This document shows, piece by piece, positions 37,801 through 47,176 of a stretch of 64,000 nt of DNA. The DNA comes from Phoronis australis. Lineage: Eukaryota; Animalia; Phoronida. A program made the translations under genes and the position numbers. A model generated the notes under the pieces. It was not told where the DNA came from, made no database searches, and saw only the letters and a list, made by a program, of their open reading frames with translations. The stretch lies in assembly GCA_002633005.1 (NCBI GenBank), contig NMRA01000207.1, positions 55,408-119,407 of the forward strand, given 5' to 3'. Numbering within the stretch: position 1 is the stretch's first letter; the number at the start of each line of letters is the position of its first letter.

Positions 37801-40800
37801 GACTTCTTCCTCATCTTCTTCAGAGTTCCCGAGAAAAATGAGCGAAATAAGTGGAAAATGAGCCCAATAATGAAAAGGAGTTACCACGATATAACGCTTC
37901 TCAAAATATAATATCAACATTGAAAGTGAATTCGTGCACATGTCTGCAAACAAGAAAATTGTTTATAGTGGCTCTCCTCTACCTTATCAGTATCTCCAGC
38001 TTGACAAGCACATGTTATCCATCACCCAAGACGATCCTAATAAAAGCTCACCTCTCAACGTTCAACTCACCGGAGTGTTTCCTAAGGTGACAGATCAGTT
38101 GATTCTTTTGTCGGCAAGAGTACCCACACTGTTCGCACACAAATGGTTTCTCACCTGAAAAAGCAAAACAGGCGAGCCTTTATTGTAGACTATGCAAACT
38201 GTGCATGCAGTCACTGTTAATCTAAGTCACTCTATAGCTCAAATTTGAGCATATTTTTTGCAACAGTGACACAACTTTTAATGTGATGACCACTAACTTA
38301 AGATCACAGTACATGCATGCACAACGGTAGACAGTACTCCCATCTCAACTGGACCCAGCAGGTGGTCATCCCATATGCCCTCCGTACGCGGCAAGCTTTA
38401 TGGCAAATTATATCTCACACTGATTAAACCATCAAAATCCTGTTGCTAAATGTGCGCATAGACGGACACATTTGGAAGCCTTTGGTGTCTTCAATTCCCT
38501 TCAACTTGAACAAATACTCCAGTAATCAAAATTTTTCTTCAAACAGTCCTTCTTTCAGTTGCCCAATTGGAAATGGGCCATTTTTACACTGCTTGTGCAA
38601 GGGTTTATGAGTGCCATCGTATCTACTGGCGCGAGCAGCATAAAAATGCCCAGTTGCCAATTTGGACAACTGAACAAAGGACTGTTTGAAAAAGTTTAAT
38701 TTAAAGTTTAACTATTTCTTTGAGCTGGGAAGAGTTAAAAATACCAAAGGGCTCCTAAGATAGTCCTCTATGCATAAAAGGCATTTACAGCAACATGAAT
38801 TTGGTGGTCTAATGAGTGTGAGGCATAATGCGCTGAAAAGCTTCCAGCATATGGAGGGCCTACGGGATGGCCACCGTCTCTACTGCGTCCAGTTGAAACG
38901 GTGGTACTGTCTAGCCAACGCGTTCATACAAATTTATTTTCACTCTTTTTAACAGCATTCCCGTTTTTTTGACCAGATTAAGAACATCTCATTTTCTGAC
39001 TGCACTTTTTTTAAAGATAAAGTTGCACTAGCCAATCATCATTCCCCACTAGAGGGAGCTAGTTGGCTGTGCAAAGTTGAGAAAATTATTTTGCAGTACT
39101 AGCAAGTTCCAGAATTTGAGATTTATGATTTTTTTGCATCGTACATTTCTTCATTTTCCGCTGAAGTCAACTTAACAAAAAGCCTGGATCACTATTAAAA
39201 ATAAACGTTTTGGCCATTCTTAGAAATATGCATTTTTCCTTGTTTTCTATTGATGCCAAAATCCATATTTTGCATGAAGGTTGCACATATACCAAACTTC
39301 TGAGGATTTCACACACACAGAATTTTTTATATACTCTGCTGTAATCAAGCTTCCCTCACCTGTATGTACCAACGCATGTACCTTGAGAGAAGCAGCTGTA
39401 CTACATTGGAATGTGCAATGATTGCAGATCAAGCTCTTGACGTGCTTCTCTCGCATGTGTTTCTGAAACACACGTTTGAGCGATGTCCTGAACTCACACT
39501 GGTCACACTGGAGCAGAGCGCCGTCGCTGTTGTGCGAGCGTGAGTGTCGCACCATATGGCCGAAGAACTCCGTTTTGTACTCGCACACATGACAAGAATA
39601 GATGAGCTGGTTTTCTGAAACGATTGCTGTCACTGGCAGGTTGCAACTGTCTTGTAAACTGATACTACAAGTAGGAATGTTCCGGTCACTGCCGGTTTCA
39701 GTCGCACCTTTCGCTTTGAGATCCAGGCGTGCGGCAGCAATTAGGGCCTTAACATTGTTAGGAATAACAAACATCTGCCTTTGGGAGTCCCGTCTAGCCT
39801 TATTAGTCTTCCTCAACACTGACAAAGCTTCGATCATTTTCTGTCCTGTCTGAGACATCTCACTCATCTCTTTGCTACCTTCTTCTTCATCACTAAGTTC
39901 CGTGAATTTTTTCAAAGCTCTTCTTGCGCTCCGCCTCATTATACGGACACAGTCACTGTTACTGACCACAGCTGCCTCTGGCGCCTCATTCTGAGAGTCT
40001 TCTATTGATTGTACTTTTCGCACCTTTGCAGCATCTTCATCGCTCATTTGTTTGACCAATCTCCTTTTTCTCTGCCGGACTGCTGGCTTCTTCCATTGAT
40101 TTTTTGGCACATTCAAGGAGAGCATCATCAAGTAATCCTGCTTTGGACAGGCAAAGAAGTCACACTGCGCTTTAGCTGGATCTCCATCACACAACGGTCG
40201 ATGCTGGCTGAACACATCATGGTTGGTGAATAAAGCCTTACACAATGAGCAAAGGTTGAAGATTTGGTCACCAACTGAAATCATGTAAGCAAAGGTAAAT
40301 ATCACAGTTCTGTCTATGAACTTAGATCTGCACCACACAATGGCACACAGTCTCTTTACATAAAAGTGGATTGTAGTGACAGGTTATTGCCGTATTGTAG
40401 CCATTAAGGTGCTGTAGATAAAATGAGACCGGCTTTGAAATCATCGTCTGACTTTCTATGTTCAAAAAACTGGTTGAGGACATAGGCAGACGTGGGGGGC
40501 ATGGTACCATTTTAGGGCTTATGCAGACAATTTCATTCAAAAATAAAGCTTGAATATTACATTGTTAGGTCTGCTGGTAATGCAAGTAAATAATGCTCAT
40601 AAGCTGAGTATCTTTAAACAGCCGTGACAACAGAAATGGTACAGCCGTAACAACAGACATGGTGCAGCCGTAACAACAGACATGGTACAGCCGTAACAAC
40701 AGACATGGTGCAGCCGTAACAACAGACATGGTACAGCCGTAACAACAGACATGGTACAGCCGTAACAACAGACATGGTACAGCCGTAACAACAGACATGG

Positions 40801-42606
40801 TACAGTGTAGATGTCATCTGACTGTTGGCAGTTACCAAAACTTAAGCATGATCGGATGCTCTCGATGTTGATGGTACAAAAACAATTATGGTTTCAACCA
40901 TTGGTTCCAGCTTGTTCCTTACTCATATGAGAAGTGAGTTCTTGGTTTACAAACAACTGACAGTTCGTTATAGGTCGAGACATAAAATGACCCTCCTTGA
41001 TAGTGGGGAACCCTGGCTCATGTATGGGAGTCGGCAGACATTTCAACATAGGCATCCAACTAAGGTTAAACCCACAAAATCTCTGAGATGTATTTAATTG
41101 TTCTCTAAGTGGTATATGGAGAGGATGTCAGGCTGGTAGTGGTGGACCCAGAACAAATTCCAGGACACGAGTTATTAGTACTGTTGCCGAGGGCAAATTC
41201 CATGACGATAGGATGTAGTGTTGTATAACGTGAATTCCGGAAATGACAGGCCAAGCTTCTCCAATCCCATAGCCAAGCACCAATTGTCTATTAGCCTAGA
41301 GTACGTTACTACCGACAAACTGAAATTCTGACAAAATGTTGCTTTAGTATAATTGTCATCATCTTCTAGATGGCTTTTGCCAAACCAATATTGAAGCAAA
41401 TGTCACTGTTTAAAATTGACTTCTTTATTACAAACATGCGAGAGTCATAGATCTACGAAAATAACATTCATGAGATTGTGTTTTGTTAAACATACGTACT
41501 GGATGAAGGTTTGTGTCAAGTGACTGTCAGAGTAGCAAAAACTTACAAAAAATGTATTCGCTAGATTTTGATGTAATGTTCGTTGCAAAATGAATGAAAA
41601 ACAACTGAGTTTCGCTTATGCAAACGTGTTATGCACAAACACAGTGTTTTCTAGCCTTGGTGTAAAGCTGTATCAATATACAGCTTTGACTTGATGTTAG
41701 TAAAAATGATCCAAAATTAACGTTATTAAAGGCTACACTCTTCCTTGGGTAAACTAAACTAGTTGCTAATACCAGTAATAAAAAATTGCCGTTCTACCAA
41801 AATGTTATTTTGCAATTAAAGTTATGAAGCGATCTTATGAGTCGGATTTCAGCGTCCTGAAATAGAATGTTACTTATTGGCCCATTCCTTTTTTCGCTGA
41901 TTCCTCAATCACCTGTTCTTCATCCACAAGGTAACGTACATGTCACAAAAAATTAGGAATTGGTTTTACTTCATTATACGTTTTTAGTATTTTGATACCA
42001 GCATATGATTTCCTGAGGACATTTAGCTTTAATGGGCAAACTTGCTATCATCTTCCAAAAGATGTCTAAAAAATTTAGCATAAAATTGGTGCACGTACAT
42101 GTCATGTGCACACTGTGTCAAGTCGACAACAACGACTTCAGCTTGTTTTGGCAACCTGGGAAAAATCTCAAGTCACCACTGCGAGTATTGAAGTCGGACA
42201 ATAATTTCCCCTAAATTTGTTTAGAACTAAGTTTGCGTTGACTTCCAAACTGTAAATTTATTATAGTTTTCCCAGATTTATTACCTTTGATTCACAATTG
42301 TTCTGTTTATTTCGTGAAATCATTGCATTTGCCACCACAGCAGCCAGCCCAAATCAAACACACGATCAAATTACAGCAGGAAGTAAACAGATGGAAGTCG
42401 CAACTGTTCAGTAAAAATCAGACAAGACCAGTGACCCATGCATCATCCTCAGTGTATGAGGCCGTCTGCATTATGTTCAATCGTCGGCGGGAGGAATTGA
42501 GGGAATGAGTAACAAAATTCTTATTAGGGAATGAAATTGAAGAGGCAAGCATCAGTTTCTGAAAAGGAAATACAATACGCCCTTTTTGTCGACGATATTT
42601 ACCCAT
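34340..42606 (-). CDS. Multi-C2H2 zinc-finger protein (REST/charlatan-like finger type), ~569 aa
   Basis: Exons 42606-42603 (ATG G, within a 21-nt exon 42623-42603), 40274-39360, 38154-38071, 36867-36707, 34885-34340; phases 1/1/1/0 all consistent. Nine tandem C2H2 fingers of the C-x2-C-x-(Y/F)-x-(T/S) type with an HTGEKPF linker, plus single C2HC-like fingers near both ends. The start exon is inferred. Confidence 0.85.
36707..36867 (-). CDS. Zinc-finger gene exon (two fingers)
   Basis: ORF 36644-36862; tttcag and AAG|gtaggc. Confidence 0.9.
38071..38154 (-). CDS. Zinc-finger gene exon (GEKPFVCEQCGYSCRQKNQLICHLRKHS)
   Basis: One complete finger; ttttcag and G|gtgagt. Confidence 0.9.
38328..38913. 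mobile_element. Old long-TIR MITE (TAGACAGTAC...GTACTGTCTA); family fragments also near 43760-43975, 49040-49190, 49410-49680 and 50430-50570
   Basis: The two halves are degenerate inverted copies; motifs such as AAGCTTTT.GGC.AATTAT.CCTC.CAC.GA.TAAAC and CAAATACTCC.GT.A.CAAA.TTTTTCTTC.A.CAGT recur at the other sites. Confidence 0.65.
39360..40274 (-). CDS. Zinc-finger gene large exon (N-terminal C2HC, basic patch, 3 C2H2)
   Basis: Inside ORF 39247-40338; atttcag acceptor, ACA G|gtgagg donor. Confidence 0.9.
40621..40804. repeat. 23-bp minisatellite, 8 copies
   Basis: Unit GCCGTAACAACAGACATGGT(A/G)CA, head to tail with no spacers. Confidence 0.95.
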
Positions 42607-42804
42607 AAATGTCACTTGAACACCTGAAATTTTCAATTCTGGTGACTTCTGATTTCATTTGGTGACCTCAGTTTTTCACCAGGTCGCCAAATGCGACTTG
42701 GCATTAAAGCTAAGCATCAAGTGCAGAACAAATTTTTTGTTTGTTACATAAGCCATAGAAGTACGAGTTGCGAAGCATGCCTTCCAGTTGTGACAACGCG
42801 TAGT

Positions 42805-42930
42805 CAGATAAAGCCTCTCTAAGTCGCTTGCCAAGTGCAATTGCCTCTTGGCTGAATGGTTTAGACGCTTGGTCGTCACATGTGCAACCTGGGTTCAAGT
42901 CCCACCGGAGACACTGAAATTTTCTACATA
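42805..42930 (+). repeat. SINE-like repeat with tRNA-related core (related copies at ~43322-43405 + and ~51123-51240 -)
   Basis: A box TGGCTGAATGG (42849-42859), B box GGTTCAAGTCC (42892-42902); the upstream CTTGCCAAGTG..A.TTGCC segment is shared with the minus-strand copy at 51123-51240. Confidence 0.55.
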
Positions 42931-43484
42931 TGCAAGGAAATGGCATTTATTTGACTAATTTTTACTTTAACGATAGTATTTGGCAAGGCAAGTGCCAGCT
43001 GGCTTCCAGATTACAATTACATGCACACCGCGTAGTTGTTACTTCTTCAATCCATGATGTCAAGTTTCACGAGGAGGTGACGAGCAAAAAAACAGTGCCT
43101 GGAAGGCGTGAAATTTTGAGGTCGACAATGTGAGGTTAGCACACAAGGGTTCCTAGCTAGCTGGCAAAAGACTAATAGTAATAGAGCACAGTAAACGTTT
43201 AACGTTGTCGACTCTAGCAGCAGTTTAATGCCAGTCTACAGACTAGCTATGTGGTGAATCTGCAGAGAGTGTAGTAATTAGTAAGGCCTCTCTTAATCAC
43301 TCACCTATGTCGTAGGCTATGGGCAATTGCTATTAGGTCAACTGGTTAAGACACCTGGCATTGACGCAAGAGGTACCGTGTTCGAAACTTGGTCTAGGTG
43401 ACTTTTCATTGGTGCCCAACAACGGTACGTACTTACGATGGCAGAAAAGGACCACACAGCCTCCTGAGTTTGATAGTGCCAAAA

Positions 43485-43635
43485 TGATGGCCGAGGCCGT
43501 GAGGGTGGAGGAAGCGAGTGTAGATAATAGACTAGAAGAGGCCGATCTCATGATGTTGAGTTCCAAGCCGAGTTACCACTAATCATTGGATAGGGAAGAG
43601 AATGGTGTGTTGCAATCGTCAACATCATTCGTCCT
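43485..43635 (+). pseudogene. Possible decayed 3' end of an RTE-like LINE ORF
   Basis: Mixed frames give GRGR / RKR / DNR.LEE.DL / SLDREE..., resembling the RTE C-terminal GRPRKRW.D.I.EDL...A.DR..W motif. By eye only. Confidence 0.25.
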
Positions 43636-43975
43636 TTATCTTTCTGTGGTGTCTTGTGATTTGTCAGTTTTATGGTTCCCCGGATGCTTCTTTTATTTAT
43701 ACTGTTGGCGGGAACCTAGGCAATGACCATCGCCTCTATTGGCCCGAACCAGAGGCGATGCAGCTCCTATAGGCGCTCTGTATGCCGGAAGCTTTTCGGC
43801 GAATTATGCCTCTCACCGACTAAACCATCAAAGTCACGTTGTTATAAATACCTTTTGCGCATAGAGGAACACCTTAGGAGGTTGTTGATGTGTTTAATTC
43901 CTTCCAACTCGAACAAATACTCCCGTTATCAAACTTTTTCTTCGAGCAGTCCCTATTTCAGTTCCCAAAATCGCA

Positions 43976-44413
43976 CTCTCTTTTTAAAACATCACTAGTT
44001 AAACTTGGCTTCAGGGGCAAAAATGTCCTGTCACAGGTCGAAAAAAAGTCGATGGGGAATTTTTCAATTTTTGTTGTTCTTGTTCGTGCAAAATATAATA
44101 ATTTGTGGTTTGGTGTCTATGCCATGTTGTTAACCTACTTGTAAAGGACTCTCCATCTTGCTTTAAGAACACTGTGAGCCATGGATTCCCAAATATAGCT
44201 GTCTAAACTTGCCATTTTCTGTGGCCTGAAATTTCCGGGTGCCGTTTGCTCAAAAAAGGCCATTTTTGAGGCTCTATAATTCAACTAACTTGAGAACCGC
44301 CGAAACCGATTTGAAAAATTCAAAAAGTTATATAAACGGCATGTCTAAAGCTATCATTTAACACTCTTTTCAAGTGTTTCTAATGAAATTTGTATTTGGG
44401 TTTGCTCACCCTA
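43976..44413 (+). mobile_element. Truncated second copy (right end) of the hAT-like element at 47255-49006
   Basis: Closely matches 48581-49006, ends GGTTTGCTCACCCTA and is followed by CCTCAGG. Confidence 0.8.
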
Positions 44414-44450
44414 CCTCAGGCTACCTGGGTACAAACACAGGCGTCCTCAG

Positions 44451-45085
44451 CTTCTGATCGTCCCCAATACACTACATATAATACTACAAGGTATGACACT
44501 TCCGACTAGAAATTCCACAGGTGCTTCACTTTAGCCGTCCATAGCAAACATAAAACTCAATAAATTTACACAAAACAGGGGTTCAACAAACCATGAAGAA
44601 TTGTTCTTTCTCCCAATACCATTCAGTGTCCTGTTACGGCGACTTCGAAAGAAATTCGCAGTCAAAGAACGAAAATGTTCACAAAAAGCCCCCACACACA
44701 TCCTCCCTGGGCCCGTCGAGGTCAAGGACGGTACGGAAATTGCCGGTGAGTTACGAAAGTAGCGACATCGTGACTTTACGCGACAAAGCGGCAATTTCCG
44801 TACCGTCCTTGATCTCGACGGGCCCAGGGAGGACGTGTGTGGGGGCTTTTTGTGAACATTTTTGTTCTTTGACTGCGAATTTCTTAAGAAGTCGCCGTAA
44901 CAGGACACCGTGAATGATATTGGGAGAAAGAACAATTCTTCATGGTTTGTTGAACCCCTCTTTTGTGTAAATTTATTGAGTTTTATGTTTGCTATGGACG
45001 GCTGAAGTGAAGCACCCGTGGAATTTCTAGTCGGGAGTGTCATACCTTGTAGTATTATATGTAGTGTATTGGGGATGATCAGAAG
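44451..45085. mobile_element. Foldback element / long palindrome: ~295-bp arms, 43-bp spacer
   Basis: 44451-44745 is the near-perfect reverse complement of 44789-45085 (CTTCTGATC.TCCCCAATACACTAC ... GTAGTGTATTGGGGATGATCAGAAG). Confidence 0.9.
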
Positions 45086-45213
45086 TAGGGAGGACAATCA
45101 AAAAGTAGGTCACGGTGCTCCATATCTGCCTCCGTGTAAAACCCACGTCGGTAAATTACCGATTTCAGACTTCAAATTTAACTATAAGACAATTTTGTGT
45201 TATAAATCGTTAC

Positions 45214-47086
45214 CTTAGTCTTTATTTGTAAGTTTGTAACCTTTTTGTCTCAAATTATCGCTGATAAATCATTTCTTGTAAGCTTTTTTTAGTGCACGAT
45301 TTTCCGCCATGCGATCAACTTTCGAAAAAGTACCTCTTGTTCCTCCTATCCAAAAGAGCACTATACTCTCAAATACAAACATGAAATTTGGACAGGATGT
45401 AGTTTAGATGCGTGCGCATCTTCTCAAGTTGTTTTCTCGAAGTCAAGGCCAAGTTTTCATGGCGAGTTTTCGATCGTCCGGAAGGCCTAATTTTGGTCGG
45501 TCGGGAGATTGATGTTTTTCCANNNNNNNNNNNNNNNNNNNNNNNNNNNNNNNNNNNNNNNNNNNNNNNNNNNNNNNNNNNNNNNNNNNNNNNNNNNNNN
45601 NNNNNNNNNNNNNNNNNNNNNNNNNNNNNNNNNNNNNNNNNNNNNNNNNNNNNNNNNNNNNNNNNNNNNNNNNNNNNNNNNNNNNNNNNNNNNNNNNNNN
45701 NNNNNNNNNNNNNNNNNNNNNNNNNNNNNNNNNNNNNNNNNNNNNNNNNNNNNNNNNNNNNNNNNNNNNNNNNNNNNNNNNNNNNNNNNNNNNNNNNNNN
45801 NNNNNNNNNNNNNNNNNNNNNNNNNNNNNNNNNNNNNNNNNNNNNNNNNNNNNNNNNNNNNNNNNNNNNNNNNNNNNNNNNNNNNNNNNNNNNNNNNNNN
45901 NNNNNNNNNNNNNNNNNNNNNNNNNNNNNNNNNNNNNNNNNNNNNNNNNNNNNNNNNNNNNNNNNNNNNNNNNNNNNNNNNNNNNNNNNNNNNNNNNNNN
46001 NNNNNNNNNNNNNNNNNNNNNNNNNNNNNNNNNNNNNNNNNNNNNNNNNNNNNNNNNNNNNNNNNNNNNNNNNNNNNNNNNNNNNNNNNNNNNNNNNNNN
46101 NNNNNNNNNNNNNNNNNNNNNNNNNNNNNNNNNNNNNNNNNNNNNNNNNNNNNNNNNNNNNNNNNNNNNNNNNNNNNNNNNNNNNNNNNNNNNNNNNNNN
46201 NNNNNNNNNNNNNNNNNNNNNNNNNNNNNNNNNNNNNNNNNNNNNNNNNNNNNNNNNNNNNNNNNNNNNNNNNNNNNNNNNNNNNNNNNNNNNNNNNNNN
46301 NNNNNNNNNNNNNNNNGCAGAATGGTGAATGTTGGCCAATTCCCCTTTTGTCCACTGACGTCACAAGCATACTGGCGCCCCCAGTGGAGGCCCTGAGAAC
46401 TCGTAAATAAACCGAGTTCATGAACCCGGTAGTATCCAGCCTAGCCGAGCCAAGCTGGCGAACAGACTTGTATTTATTGTGGGACGTTGAGTATCGCTTT
46501 TTTCTAAAAACATAATGCATGGTATATAATAATGAATGGTGTATAGTACCAATTAATTATGATTGAAAGATTCCTTTTTAGTCGAGCGTAAACGAGGCTA
46601 TTTCGCGTGGGGATAAAACTTTGGCTTTGCCGGCGTGTGTAACACAGAAGAACAGTTGGATCGTGTTGCAGGATAGCTAGAATGAATATTCCAATTTTCT
46701 TAATTTATTGGAACAATATTGATTTTCTGAGAAGTATGACATGCAACATTATTTAAAAAACACACTAAAACATAGCGACTCTGGAAAAATCATAAAAAAT
46801 ACTTTAACCACAGTCGCCAACATGCTTGTTTACGAGTTCTCAGGGCCTCCACTGGGGGCGCCAGTATGCTTGTGACGTCAGTGGACAAAAGGGGAATTGG
46901 CCAACATTCACCATTCTGCGCTGCTTGGGGACATGTTCCATTTTCTCGAAAGACGTCGCTCTAGTCGGTTAGCGACACGCACACACATTTTGCCTACGTC
47001 ATCCCTAAAACGCGCAGATCAACAAACGCCCAGAACATTTGTTCTCATTTGTTGGCTTACTACGTAGTAAATGGACAGGTTCGGAA
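45214..47086. promoter_or_regulatory. Probable bidirectional promoter region between the zinc-finger gene (-) and SKIC3/TTC37 (+)
   Basis: Head-to-head genes. Minus-strand donor AAG|gtaacg at 45214 (putative 5' UTR exon), YY1-like CCGCCAT at 45304-45310, CpG-richer sequence, two TGACGTCA sites. Interrupted by a gap. Confidence 0.5.
46317..46919. mobile_element. MITE-like element with ~94-bp near-perfect TIRs, just upstream of SKIC3
   Basis: 46317-46410 is inverted at 46826-46919; each arm contains TGACGTCA. The left end abuts a gap, so the true terminus and TSD are not visible. Confidence 0.75.
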
Positions 47087-47176
47087 ATGGACTCCAAAGA
47101 AGTGAAACTGGCGTTGAAAGGAGCCAAGGAGGCCATCAAGAAGAAAGAGTATAAAGATGCCATCAAAAGTTGCAAG
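47087..47176 (+). CDS. SKIC3: SKIC3/TTC37 exon 1
   Basis: MDSKEVKLALKGAKEAIKKKEYKDAIKSCK, AAG|gtttcc. Confidence 0.9.

Noticed and set aside
40621-40804. Regular 23-bp repeats that could look like a CRISPR array, with Cys-rich ORFs in three frames
   Set aside because: Units are head to tail with no unique spacers, in a eukaryotic intron; a minisatellite whose ORFs come from stop-free repeats.
42845-42915. Possible tRNA gene
   Set aside because: A and B boxes are present but acceptor and anticodon stems do not pair; diverged related copies point to a SINE-like repeat.
43333-43566. Minus-strand ORF with a phase-1 gtaagt donor as a possible first coding exon of the zinc-finger gene
   Set aside because: Overlaps SINE-like and LINE-like remnants and looks like antisense low-complexity sequence; the 42623-42603 exon is the simpler start. 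Not fully excluded without RNA data.
44531-45097. 188-aa and 106-aa ORFs with matching sequence on opposite strands
   Set aside because: By-products of the palindrome; no recognisable domain.
45369-46520. Long ORFs of 295-383 aa in the ORF track
   Set aside because: Made almost entirely of N-gap codons.
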